Assembly: GCA_000934665.2 (NCBI GenBank)
Contig: KZ538258.1
Span: 62,001-99,408 of the forward strand
DNA from: Catajapyx aquilonaris
Taxonomy: Eukaryota
DNA length: 37,408 nt
Reading direction: 5' to 3'
Shown here: positions 22,636 through 35,379 of the stretch, piece after piece
How positions within the stretch are numbered: the first letter of the stretch is position 1
How the letters are laid out: the number at the start of each line of letters is the position of its first letter
Notes under the pieces: generated by a model
Told to the model about the DNA's origin: nothing
Databases searched by the model: none
The model's input: the letters and a program-made list of their open reading frames with translations, nothing else
Program-made: the position numbers and the translations under genes

Positions 22636-23768
22636 CAGGGAAGTGTAAGTGTTGTCCGTGGAGTTTCTGAATGAAACTTGGCACAATAATAATGTATAGG
22701 CAGTAAGTTATTAAAGAAAATGCGAGCAATTTAGGCGGCGAATGCCCACAAGGTCAAAATGTCCTCTCGAACTCACAAGGGACACTTTCCAAGGTCTCAC
22801 CGATTTTCTTGAAATTCGGTACATTGGCATACCAATGTACCGAATTTCATAGGCCACCCCAAGGGATGAAAAACGCACCTAGAGTGACCTGCTCAAAATG
22901 ACCCGGTGACCCCTTTTAGGGGGCAGAGGTCAACTCTTGAATGCCGAAAACTCACCCATTTTCTTGAAATTCGGTGCATTGGTATCCCACACTGTCGCAT
23001 TATACGTAAGATGTGATCGTTGTATGGACATGATTGGAACACATTGTTACAAACTGTTGTAATTAGGTGCTAATGTAGTACATTTCTTCATTTCATCTGC
23101 AGGTGGTTTATGCTTCCGGCTTACGACAAATGAGGGAACTTGATCATCTGAATTTTCCACGAGCCATATACGCTGGATTTGACGCCAATCGGGCACGTAA
23201 TAATTTGAGAAAAAATAATTTCTGTATTTTTTTTTCGAACAAATTCAGAAGCGACTTTTTCAAATATGGCTGCGATCTAGCAATATAGCTCGTTGTAATC
23301 AGAGTAATAATTATCCCTTTCCAGTGATGCAATAAAGTGTCTGCGTTTTTGAGTGCGACATCTGAAACTTCGCCCGTAAGGGATGAAAAACGCATCTGTG
23401 ATCTGCTCAAAATGACCCAGTGACCCCTTTTGGGGGGCTACCAATGCACCGAATTTCAAGAAAATGGGTGAGTTATCGGCATTTAAGAGTTGACCTCTGC
23501 CCCCCAAAAAGGGGTTACCGGGTCATTTTTAGCAGGTCACCTTAGGTGCGTTTTTCATCCCTTGGGGTGGCCTACCAATGTACCGAATTTCAAGAAAATC
23601 GGTGAGACCTTGGAAAGTGTCCCTTGTGAGTTCGAGAGTTCATAAAAACTGAAAAACTGAAAAGGCATCCCCCTAAATTGTTTGCATTTTCTTTAATAAC
23701 TGACCTGCCTATATTATTGTGTCACGTTTCATTCAGAAACTCCACGGACAACACTTACACTTCCCTTG
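22636..23768. mobile_element. 1.1-kb fold-back element with long modular TIRs (unclassified; CA(A)GGG termini)
   Basis: AGGGAAGTGTAAGTGTTGTCCGTGGAGTTTCTGAATGAAAC and its reverse complement at 23726-23766; arms ~22638-22985 / 23440-23765 with repeated TTTTCTTGAAATTCGGT(A/G)CATTGG modules; no clear TSD. Confidence 0.85.
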
Positions 23769-24910
23769 TGAGATCAAAAACACCCAAGTCCACTTGGAAA
23801 AGCTGGTCGTAAATTTAGAAAAAACTGATGATTACTTAACTTTCATTGGTACAATCTGGAAACTTCTATTGTCCATATGTTGCGCAGTTCAGCTGCATAC
23901 GCAAATGTACAACGATTAATATACCCAATGACGTTAAAATGCATAAAATTGCTGCACGTATTTGCGTTAGACCCCCCCCCCCCCCCCAAAGTGGGCTTGG
24001 CTGTTTTTGATCTCAGACCTCTCAATTATGGGGATCACATAAATTATATGTGGTGATGATCACCACGTATGATGGATTCGTTTCATCAAACTTTTCATAT
24101 TAACACTACCAATTTATTTTTTTGTACTGACAACCATCATGGTGACAAATCGTATCAGGGAAACACCACTGGTAAATCTCCTGCCTAACTGTACATTTTT
24201 ATTTTGACAGTCTCTTCAGTGAAGCTAGATAATGGCCCTGCACTGCAATTTTTGATTGGATTTCCCTCCCCAAACCAGGTTTAGCAAAAGCAATGAGATT
24301 TTTGTTGGTATCATTTGCTCTTGCTCACTTTTGAATTTGAAATCAAAATTTTACTTCTAGAATTATTATGTTTTTATTTACATTTTAACCTGCTACTGCA
24401 TAACAAATGCTAAACAACTTATTCTAATATTGTAAGTATTGATGGCATAGATACATTGTGTCAATACCTAAAGCTCTAATTGTCCACTTCAATATTGTTT
24501 ATCTAATAACTAACAATGCAACAAACGAATAAAACTTTGTGGGATTTGATACATTCTGCCCATAATCTTAATGTTGTAAAATTATAATATTTGACAATGC
24601 AAAAAATGTCATTAACAATTATGAAGTCTAATGAATGTTCATTACAGTATCATCTTTTTAAATATTTTTAAAAGATTACACAATAGTAAACCTACAGAAA
24701 TGACATAATAATAGGGCAGGGTATGCAGGATACAACCTATATATATTATTTTTCACCGGTTTTAGGATGTCATCCCACCCATGACCCCCTCTTTTGTCAT
24801 GTGCACATTACAAGGTTCTTTCAGGTTTGTCTTCCACAGCATCTTCAGACCATTAGTTGCACAAACACTGTCAACAACAACCACAGGATCTAAGTCAGTA
24901 GGTGCGTCTC

Positions 24911-26751
24911 TCAGTTTTTGTCCACATAATCCTCCACTTTTTTTCCTTTAGGCACCAAAATATTCAACTTCTTTTTCTTCATGAGAAACATAGCAAAGTC
25001 GGATATCTTCGGCTCGTCGGCTTCTTCTTCCTTTACATCTGAATCGTTGTTCCTGGATAGCATTTGCAACATTTGGCTGTGGCTTCCAGTGGCCTTAACC
25101 TCTTCCTCATCCCTCAGAATGGTGTCTGGATCAACACCATGCCGCTGTCGCTTGATTCCTTTACTTCTCAAGAATTCCTGAATGGGATCTGCATTTCTAT
25201 GATACACTTCCCTTCGTTGACGAGGTGTCGATGCTTCATTGCTGCTTTCATTGAATTCTTCATAGTCATACTCATATTCATAACCTCCCGAAGGATCATC
25301 CACTTCTACCTGGTGCTGACTAAGATCAACTTCCTTCACTTTAACTCTCACAAGATGGGGGTTAGTAACTTGCACTTGAGGATTAGGGCTGCTGGCATCT
25401 TCCACTTTGGTGTTAGAGTTCAGCATTGGACTTGGGTTATTGACTCGCACCAGGAGTTTTGGGCTGTCAATTTCCTCCAGTGGCATTTGGCTGCTGGCCA
25501 CAAATGGTGCAGGTGTGGTTGCAGTAACTTCCTCTGACGTGGCTCTTACCAGCTGCAGGGGCATTGACCGTCGTTGTGAGTAGCAGCAGTAGAAATATCC
25601 TGGTTGACATCGAGGTACCAGGGATATTTGCAGCTTCTGGCATCGCCACAGTTTGTCACAGTGGCAGTTTGGAAGGTAAACAGAATGGTTTCGAGTGCTG
25701 ACAAAATTGTTTTGGTTGTAGTTGGTTCGGGATGAGTTTGGAAAGAAGGAGACACCAGGGAGTGCAGACAGGATTGCGGATGGTGCTGTAACAGCTTTGT
25801 TTAGGAGAAGGTCCACCAGAGAAGCAGGTCGTGGGGTTGTGGGTAGAATGACTGGAGATATCTTAATAGTGCCTGGAGTTGATGCTATTGCACCAGAGGT
25901 AGGTTTTGTGGTGACGATCACAGGATCAGGTTCTGTCACATAGTCAACAGTAGGTGGTAAAAAATCATCATCAGCATAGGCAGTAGTGACAGATTCTTCA
26001 TCCTCAACATGGAAACCATCATTTTGTGGTGTTGTAAATTCCTCGAGGCCCAACCGCCCTTGTTCTGCATGTTCCTCCACCTCTTGGCCCTCTGTTGTTG
26101 TTGTTATTTCCAGCTCGTCATCATTACTTTTGACAGTTCTTCCCAGCATGTTAAAAATGGTGGATAATCCCTCCAAGTTGGCAGGTGGCTTCGTGATCCA
26201 TTCAAAGTTTGAGGCATTCTCAACAAGGTTCAGATCATGTGGTACCTCCACAACAATGATTCGGGTCACTGGATTCTGGGAACTTGCAGTGGCAGCTTCT
26301 TGAGTGATTTGGGTTGAACCTGATGTAGTGATGCTGCTCGGTGTAGCCTGATCACCCTGCTTTGGGGCATTCTTCAGTGGAAGTTTTTCAAGCATGCTTC
26401 TGATGTTGATGGCCAGCGGGTTCAAATCGATTTCCATGAAGGGCCTAGATAGGCTGGTGATCACACTCTGGACCTTGTCCAGAGGAAGCAGCTTTCCCTT
26501 CCTCCAGATGTCTTTGAAAGCTGATGACCAGTTACCACCTGACGCATCCACTTTGACCACTTCGGCATTAGGTGGAAGTTGACCAGAAGACTTAAGAGAT
26601 TGCACCATCCCTTCAAAGTCAGAGTCCGCTACTTGAATGGGCTTCACCCTGGTCACAGTGCTAGCCTGGAGGTTGTTGCCGATGGTCGCTGATGTGGCAA
26701 GTGGGCTTTGACCTTTCACCACCTGAACTGGAAGCAGTTTGATGGGGGTTT
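24911..26751 (-). CDS. Large terminal exon of the secreted protein
   Basis: 1.84-kb open frame, polypyrimidine tract plus CAG acceptor, TGA at 24911-24913, AATAAA near 24375. Confidence 0.9.
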
Positions 26752-29700
26752 CTGCAACAGAAAAAGTTAGGTAGAACTGTATAAATGCATCACTAATATA
26801 TTGTAGGTAATATATTTTGTATTATACTGTACTAGCAACAGTAAAAAAAAATTTAAAGTTGTACTGACACATTTGTATGTGTATTATACAACCCAAGTTA
26901 CACTAGAAGCACTACAGGTAGACAAAGTTAGAATCTTGATGCACAATAAATAGTATTAAAGATGTAAAATTACCAGCAGTGGATCCTTATTCAAATTAAG
27001 ACAGTATCAGTTTTTTTTCTAAGGGCATTTGTCAATGAAATTGATGCACCTCATGCCAAACCAATAATTTACTTGATTTTGAAAGGCTGCAATTATTGTA
27101 TTATTATACTGATGTTTTTGCCTACATTACATTTTCTTACATTGCCTTAGGCTACTTTAACAATAAGTGTTTGCTTGATAAATGCATGATATGTTTCAGA
27201 TAATTGGTCAAGTATGGGCTGGGAAAGTGGTCATACATGTACAGTACCAGTACTGCAATATTTGTAAATTGTTAGTAGTAGCTTGGTAGTAGTCAATATA
27301 GAAGGGCCTGTTCTACGATAGTTTTTGCCATGAACTGCCACAATTTTTAGTTGAAGTCGTTCCTAATAATAAAGTGTCGGTTGGAACAAAGGTAGTTTTT
27401 AAATTTAAAAAAATTCCAACACATTAATGTTTACAGTAATGATCAGTATGTCATTTTGTCATTGTACCTGATATGAAGCAACTGTAGTAAAGGATACTCC
27501 ATGCCCCATCACTCAAAACAATGTAATACTTAAGGATACCAATATGCCCCAGTTCTCCTATGTACAGTATTACCAGAAATAAAGGAAATGATTATCGAGT
27601 GTCGGATCCTTGTTGATTTCTACTGGCTCTATACTACTATAGTCTATAGACTCTATACCATATCACTCTGATGTCAATCAAAGTTGGTCCATAATTGGAC
27701 ACGAGATCTTACTGAAGGGTTTTATATTCTATTTATTGAAGCCAGCACTTTCATGTTGACTGGTTCACTTTCATTTGACTGAACCTTGTAATAATAACTT
27801 TCATGGAAGGCATTTCCTCACAGTCAGTCGCAAGAATGGTGACAAAACTTAGTGGTGTATCACTGGCCTGCACTCTCTTCCAGAAGAAGAAAATGAGGTT
27901 GTTGCATTCCTTTTCCCGGGGCTTTCCTGTTTATTTGCATGATTAATCATCACTGACAATCCTATAATTGTCTGCCTCAGACTGCATGCAGTATAATGGA
28001 AATGATTAAAATGCTATTATATCCATAATTCAAATTGAATTAATGTATTTATTACTTTCTTATTATTCAGCAGTTCAAAGTTTAAACAGTTCTCATGATT
28101 GTAAGCTTTTAGGCAACTTCATATCTAATTCAGTCAATTCAGAAACTTAATTCAGTTGAATGTAAGCATTCTTACTGATCACTTCAGAGGTTCTGGCTTG
28201 GGTAGAAAGGGTTCTTCCCTTTGCCCTCAGTTCTGCCACGAACAGTGAGTGCGCAGTGAGTTCGAGAGTTGCTTACCAGCCTATAAATTTGACTAATGAA
28301 GCTGCACACAATACTCTAACTGGGTTAGACAAGTAAATCTAGACCTTATTGAACATGCAGATGCAGCTTTTCTCTTTTTTCCGTGGCAATGCTTTTCTCT
28401 CTTTTTGCTAGGCCCCTCGATCACCGACAAGGTACCAAAGTTATGATAACGTGATAAATAATCACAGGCCAACAAAAAAAAATCTTTCTCCTGCATGCAT
28501 GAGATTTTTCAATTGATTCTAAGTATTTTTTTCAACGCTGATTTCAAATCTGAAATCGGTTTTCCTCTACATGCTCTAGTTTTCATGCAATTTGAAACTT
28601 GTGATTTTCGGGGGGGGGGGGGGGGGGAAAGGACACCCNNNNNNNNNNNNNNNNNNNNNNNNNNAAAGGACACCCATTGCTATTTACACTGGGGATAGCT
28701 TTAGAATTAGGCTTGGAGCTACCATATCAAGTTCGGCTTGATGAAACAGTTCGTGAAGGCATTAAGTACTGATGGTGAATGTTTTCAATCATCTCAATAT
28801 GATGCATTAGCTACAGTTTGAAAAAAGTTTTTAAAAAATATCGAAAAAGAATGTTCCAATTTAAAAACCCTATAAGTCGAAATTTGTAGACATATCTAAA
28901 CGATTTAAGTCTAAATCTTTGGTCTCCCCTTAGTTTGTTTCGATATGAGCTTCATTTGTCGCTCGAGAAATAAAAAATACGGTATCCGGTCTCGAGCAAT
29001 CATATCTGGAGATACTGCTGTGATTCTAACCTGTAGGTGCTGGAAGATGACTGGCCTTTACACCACAAACATTGTTCTTGATGATGCACATGAAAAGTAG
29101 CCTCATACAAACAATCCTGCCATAGGAAAGTTTCACTTGTTCAGCCTCCCAGTGTGCGAAGTCGTGAATGAGAATTTTCCAAGTGCCTAGCCCCACAGAA
29201 GCCCAGATCTTACCCCAATGGACATTTTTGTGGAGATACATGTATGGTGAAAAGATCAGGTATCCCCATCACCTATGGAAAAAGATTGCAACGGTAACGC
29301 CAGACATAATATGTCAGAGCTGGTTAGGCATGACACCGATTACCATATTTGCATTTGCCAAGCGACAAATGGAGCTCATATCGAACCAAACCAGGGCCAA
29401 ACTAAGGTGAGACCAAAACATTGGACATTTCTCAGCATTTCAAAACTTATCATTAAGATATGTCTGCAAGTTTTCGACTTATAGGGTTTTAAAATATATA
29501 TTGGGACATTCTTTTTCGATATTTTTCGCCTTTTTTCAAACTTTAATGCATATTGTTATGCACATACGACTTTTTGTGAATAAAAAATGAATATGTCTTT
29601 ACCAACACGGTTGTTTAAGCCTAATTTTAAGACTCTATATGACCACAAATTCCTCAGAGAGATCATGTCATCATGCGACAGGCGCAAAAATGTCGCGAAA

Positions 29701-32155
29701 ACTACAATTTTGAATTGTAGAAATTCTATAGCTTACAGCGAAAAACTAACATCAGATTTGGATTCAGCACACTCGAATTAGGCAAGAACAAGTGCTGGCA
29801 TCAATGCCACAAAAAAATTTGTTGGCCTGTGATTTAGCTGGAACATCCCCACCTTTATGCAGGGGTGTTCCAGTTCATCCGTTTCATTACATTAATGGCT
29901 GTAGGCTGTATATTATTAACGAATGAAAGCCATGATGTTGATCATTGCAGGAATGGGGAGGGAGGGTGCAGGTTGTCTGATCTCGAAAAAAGAGGTTCAA
30001 CTCTTGACTTCAGATTCCAGTGGTTCCCACTGATTTGCAATGACTTGAAATGATGCCCGCGCACTGGTCAGTGAAATAACCTATAATACAAGGTGACCAG
30101 CTTGCTCGAGGTCTCCAAATTGTCTTTGCAACAACTGCAATAATAACCAATGGACTTCAATAATATTTTAAAACGATATACGATATACGATACACGATAT
30201 ACGTATATCTATATTTATGATAAGTATACTGACATCACAACATGTCCCTAACGTCCACTTGAACGTGGCACTGCACTGCTTTCTGCTCTGCACATTGCCT
30301 TTCAAAAGACCTGCACATGGTGCACCGATGGAGAGTATTGGTTTCAGTTATCTGATTATATACATTCACAAACCAAGTTTGAACAATAGTGTCTTATTTA
30401 CCACGTGCTGGAGCATACTTCTTTGGGGGAACACCTCAAAACCATTTACACTTTTACAGCTAACATTATTTTATTCATTTCATTATGTTCAAGAAAGAGT
30501 TATGGTACCGGTAGGCTACATAAAAATTAAATGTTTTCAGGGTTCACAAAACGCAAGCTAATTTCGTCTTTTGGGACAAAACCTGCTTCCTAAGGGAGGG
30601 AAGCAAGAAGTTTTGTTGAGCGAAAATGAGCACTCATACAGGAGGTGAAAGATGCAGAATATGCCCTCACCATAACAATACCAGTCACAAGTTTGATCAT
30701 TTGTTGTCAATCTTGGCACCATCTACCCATAAGGCCCGTAAATTCTTTTAGAATTCTGTATACCCAAAGCCCCAAATGAATTCTTAATGGTAAAATGTAA
30801 AACGCAATAGGCAACTGGAAAATCAAGCCATTACAAGAAAACATCCCACAGGTAACTGAGACAGTAGTGATTCCAGATATGTTGGTTCAATATGTTCAGT
30901 GTCGCAATCAAGTGTAGTTGGCAAAAGTAGCCTACTTTCAGCAAAATATTGTATCAACATTCTCATTGTGCTTCTCATGAACCTGCTGTTCAAATTATAT
31001 TCAAATATATTGATTAATCTTAAAATTATGAAGATATTTCCGGGACCTAATATAACCAGTGAGACACCATTATTAGCTAATAACATAGTCCTCTAAAATT
31101 ATTGTTGGAAAAATTATGCTTAATACATTCATGCTAAGAAGCAACAACACCAGTAGTACCAAAATGTTCGAAAATAAGGTTGCATTCTAAAGGAATTTTA
31201 AAATCCACAAGAAACAAATGGCCCATGCCAGTGGAAAATCGCCGAGCGGACCACGGTAACTGACTGTCATTTAAAAAAGGGAAAAATTACTTTTCCTTAA
31301 GTTCGCCCCCAACAAAGCGGATAACTGATTGTGTTAACAAGAATAAGAACAAAAGAAATAAAACGCTCGAGGAAGTTATCACAACGTCCTTATCGCCAAG
31401 AAGCAATTGCGGGTAATTCACTCTCCGTGGCTGGAGAGAGGAACAAAAATCCGTGGGCACGAGATGGTCACGCAATTTTGCAGTAACCCCGTCATTTATA
31501 TGACTAGGAATCTTTTGCCTGCCTTTCCATGTCACGTTTCGTGACACTTTCTCCTCCACCTGGTTTGCTCTGGCAATTTTTTGGGAGGGCCCCAAATTAT
31601 ATCAGCACTAGACATCAGTCTTCGCGTCAAATTTTGAGTTAATTTTTAGCGTTTTTCTCACTGTATTCCACTCGTCTGCCGTGCAACTACGAAAGCGAAA
31701 TGACTAACAAAATAGCGAAAGTCCCCCCTAGAAAAAAAATATATGTCCCATCCCGTCGCCCGTAAGCCTTGACGAAATCTAAAACAAACGAAAACTATCC
31801 CCTATAGTGAGTGTCACTACCAACATTTTTTTAAAAACCTTCAAATCACAGGTACAAGTTAGGACTAAATTCGCCGGATAAGTGGGATCCACATGAATTA
31901 CGCTCAATTTACATTCATTTAAAAGTCATTGCAATTATTGGCCATAAGCATCCAGAAGCAGACTGAATAATGCAAAAAACATGAAAACAACTTACTTGGC
32001 TTTTCTGTATGCGTCGATGCACCGTACTTATTCGGATGAAACAGGCGGGTTCCAAACTCATTCTCGTATTCATGATATGGATGAATCACCAGTGGAAGCT
32101 TGCCGGCATCGATGTACGCCAGGAGCATCGTTGATAGCACCAGAAAGTACCACAT
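24911..32155 (-). CDS. Uncharacterised secreted Thr/Ser/Pro-rich protein with a 6-Cys clip-like module, ~666 aa (exons 32155-31996 and 26751-24911)
   Basis: Signal peptide MWYFLVLSTMLLAYIDAG. Donor A|GTAAGT after 31996 and acceptor TTGCAG|AA at 26751 are both phase 1; 2001 nt in total. 603-aa stop-free ORF; module CHCDKLWRC-x10-C-x6-CC. Additional small exons in the 5-kb intron are not excluded. Confidence 0.75.
28639..28664. other. Assembly gap (26 N)
   Basis: N run flanked on both sides by AAAGGACACCC, next to a poly-G tract. Confidence 0.98.
28814..29543 (+). mobile_element. Tc1-like element remnant nested in the Chapaev3-like element
   Basis: ~75-bp inverted ends (AAAATATCGAAAAAGAATGT...CCCTATAAGTCGAAA); transposase C-terminal relics RSPDLTPMD-FLW (~29195-29235) and CQATNGAHIE (~29355-29385). 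Confidence 0.75.
31996..32155 (-). CDS. Signal-peptide exon of the secreted protein
   Basis: TTGCAG|A-ATG start, hydrophobic signal peptide, consensus donor GTAAGT. Confidence 0.75.
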
Positions 32156-34341
32156 TCTGCAACAGGAACAAATTTTAGCCTGGAAACTCTTCTTTTCTCT
32201 CAATATAACATGGGGACATTTACACAGTACTCTTGACACTGGCCATGTTCCTTCACTATTTGGTTGCTACTGACATAATTTCATGAATAAATGCGGTTTT
32301 GGTGCTAGCAACTAAATAACAAGCCGGTTTCGGAACATGTTCAGTTCTTAGGGTGATACGGTAACAAGAAGAGAAACTACGAGACTCAAATCAATATATT
32401 ACCAGGAAAAGTGTCATGTCCAAAGAGACAACCGGGTTTTTTTTTAATTTTTAAAAAAAGAGAGAAGATGACATGAAAACGGCAGAACAAACTGAAGGAA
32501 CGAAGCAAGACGACATAACCACATCCGACATGCTTCGGTTGTCCAGATCGCACGGAATGATCACATTGTTTTTGCTTGGTGACAAACGGCGATAATGAGG
32601 GTAAAAGTGTCCCTTTCCCCAAAGGCCATTAATCCTTGTCCAAAACTCATACGATTCACTTTTCTGGCCATTTACGTCACACGCCGATCCGGGAGAAACC
32701 CATTGTCCCCCCCCCCCCAATTATATAGGAACAATTATTATTAATACTTTCACTGCAACAACATTACGTACCTTGCGACAGACAAAACACCTCAAGTTGG
32801 CTTCAAATACAAGAATGATTAGTTACGAACCGGACCCCCTCCAAAAGTCCGGGAGTAACGACCAATCAGGTGCGTCAAACATTNCCCCCCGTATGTCCAA
32901 AAGCGACATATTTTCAGGATGAGGTATGTCGACCCACACTTTTAATTATGATGGGAAGTAATATGTAAAAAGTTTGATGACTACTTACAGTACATTCTCG
33001 GTCATGAGCCCATCGTGGAGGCGTAACAAGAAGGAAAAGGTGTCGGGAGTTTTGACAGACAGATCCGCGTGTTGTAGAGGCGGGAATTTTCTACCTACTT
33101 ATCTAGCCCTGCTTTTTTCCCCCCCAGGAAATTCTGGAATGGAGAAACTTGTACCATGTATAGGACCGGATATTAATTTGAACATTTATGTGCACCCCAA
33201 TTTTTGGGGGGGTTCTTAGCTCAAGGTAGTTTATTCAGTAATATTCCGTAGCATCTGATATATTCAATGTCATTTCGAGGGTGTGCGTCAGAATAGACCT
33301 TCCTGTTACTTTGTACCAAAAATGTGGCAACTCCAAGAATTTTTGAATGGGAAGCACCTGGATGCCATAGCCTTGACTTTCTTTATCAGTTTGGGGGAAA
33401 TCCGGGTCCCAGACCGCTGGACGCCGCCAGAAATAGTACTTCAAGTGCGAAATGGAAGGGGAAAACTGGTTCTAGCTGGAGGGCGAAAGAAGGGAAGGGT
33501 TGTATGTGAAAATTGGTACAACCTGTGTATCATGCTGCCCTAGACTGCTGGGCGCCCTGAGTTGGATCTAAGAATAGTCATGCTGGAGGAATTTGAAACA
33601 CTTTTCAGTGGGTTATCGCAGGAAAACGGAGGGACTGGGGCGGGCTGGGGCAAAATAGTCCTTCGCTTTGTGAGCACAATTATTGTTGATGCTTATGAAT
33701 GCTAATTACTGAGTACAGCTTCCTAGTTTTCTCTGCTGCACTGCTGCACATTTGAGAAGCCGTTGTCCTAGAAGACTAATGTTTCACTTAATGAGGCCCG
33801 AATGAAAGAAAGGACTCAAATGATAAACAGGGTGGTGTTATCCCCAAGTCGTCAGTTCGAGAGAAGTTATGGGCTATTTAACCTAATAAAAATAAGCAGG
33901 TCGTTGGAAGCCCCAATTACTTGTGATTGTTGCTTCTCTTTAAACTGGTACTGAGGTAAGCGATCTGTAAATTTTTATATTTAACTGGAGACGTGTGACG
34001 TACATTATATTCGCAATAAATTTACTGTTGCAATTTTTAAAATGTAAAAAAAGGACTGATGACAAATAGGTTGAACAGTCTAATATTCCGGATATTCCTC
34101 GTATATTTCTCCAGCCAATAAACTGCGTGTATGCTGGTATTACAAAGGATGGAGGACACCGAGAAGTAGGACTCATTTTCATACCATAAGTTGTAGACGC
34201 CCATGTACTGTATACACCACACCTCATAAGATTTTACCTGATTTTACTGCTGTGCCAGTAGTTTCGAAATTGTCGAATACTCTCAGTTAATGTTCGAAAA
34301 AAATATATACAAACAATGCTTAGTGAGTACATGCGACTTAC

Positions 34342-34445
34342 CTGCGACACTGAACCAAAGCTGGTATAACTATAATGTAGCCAATCCTCTTGAGATCACC
34401 ATGTCCAGACAGCCAGTTGATATAGCCTCCACTACTTTTCACATA
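34342..34445 (-). other. Candidate upstream exon (5' UTR/first exon or coding exon)
   Basis: Perfect donor CAG|GTAAGT at 34341. Upstream TTTGTTTCAG|T reads either as an acceptor or as an arthropod Inr (TCAGT). One frame is open across it. Confidence 0.45.
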
Positions 34446-35096
34446 CTGAAACAAATTGTGGCTTCACACTGCCGTCACTAACTTGCGCTCTACTTCACTT
34501 TTCAAGTCCCGCTATACCGCGCAACAGGAAGAGTCAGAATGATGAGGCGGCACAAAGGTTTCAAAAAAAGAGTGAGGTAGAGGAACGGAAAAGAACGGCA
34601 GTTTTCTTCACCGTAACTGCTTGAATGTGGCCAAAGACCTGGAGATATGGTTGAATGATCTGATCTGGTATTATGTTACCCCCTTTTTCCGCTTGAATTT
34701 TCCACCGTGTTGTACCGGACAGTTTCGAATCGAGGAGACGTCATTTTCGTGCAAGTCATTGGGCACGATTGGAAAGACAAATCGGTGAAGGACAAAATCA
34801 GTTTCGCTAGGTAAATTTTATGGTGTGCCCGAAACAATGGCAACATACAGTACTGTACGAAAAACAATACTGCAGCCTGTCTCATGCGAAAACACGGCAG
34901 GATAAAGGTGAATGTTAAGAATTTGTTGAAAATTGCGCCCGGGAATGAGTAGCGATATGCAGTACTGTATACACAGTTTAAAGCTCAGGACAGCATTGGT
35001 ATACTAACAGTGATGCAGAATTATTTTCAAATTAAATCGTGAATGCTTCTTGTGAAGTTTTGCAAGTTAAGAGGTTAAATACTATTGAAGGATAAT

Positions 35097-35379
35097 TGTC
35101 GCGTGATACGGCAGAAAGACCTCAGTGCCATTTGGAAAAATCAAGTTCCTCGAAGGAAATGGGTCCTTAATATGTCTCCGTGCCAGCACCTTATTACGAC
35201 CCGTTTGACAATAGTTTCGTCAAAAATGCAGCTCATTATCTCATTTTCAGGGAGTTCTCCGTTCCAGACAAAAAAAAAAAAAAAAAAAAAAAAAAAANAA
35301 AAAAAAAAAAAAAAAAAAAAAAAAAGTTCTCAACCCCTCCTAAAATGGCACTTAGGTCTTTCTGCCGTATCACGCGACA
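35097..35379. mobile_element. Unclassified TIR element containing a long poly(A)
   Basis: TGTCGCGTGATACGGCAGAAAGACCT(C/A)AGTGCCATTT and its reverse complement; symmetric TAAT / ATTA flanks; A-tract 35270-35325 with one N. Confidence 0.8.

Larger units (their letters stand above)
28463..29831 (+). mobile_element. Chapaev3-like (CMC) internally deleted element
   Basis: TIR CACAGGCCAACAAA / TTTGTTGGCCTGTG; fragment HIKFGLMKQFVKALSTDGECFQ at ~28722-28788 matches the LHIKLGLMKQFVKAL motif I recall from Chapaev3 transposases. Confidence 0.7.

Noticed and set aside
25064..26582. Several plus-strand ORFs
   Set aside because: Antisense shadows of the 603-aa exon.
28176..28271. Possible extra phase 1-1 exon of the secreted gene (TLELTAHSLF...SEVI, donor GTAAGA)
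   Set aside because: The acceptor (GGTAAG|) has no polypyrimidine tract; insufficient support.
28628..28675. 11-bp direct repeat AAAGGACACCC suggesting a TSD
   Set aside because: It flanks the N gap beside poly-G, typical of an unresolved contig overlap.
33283..33760. Possible LINE endonuclease relic (KMWQLQEFLNGKHLDAIALT)
   Set aside because: Only one weak motif; no further conserved blocks could be recognised.
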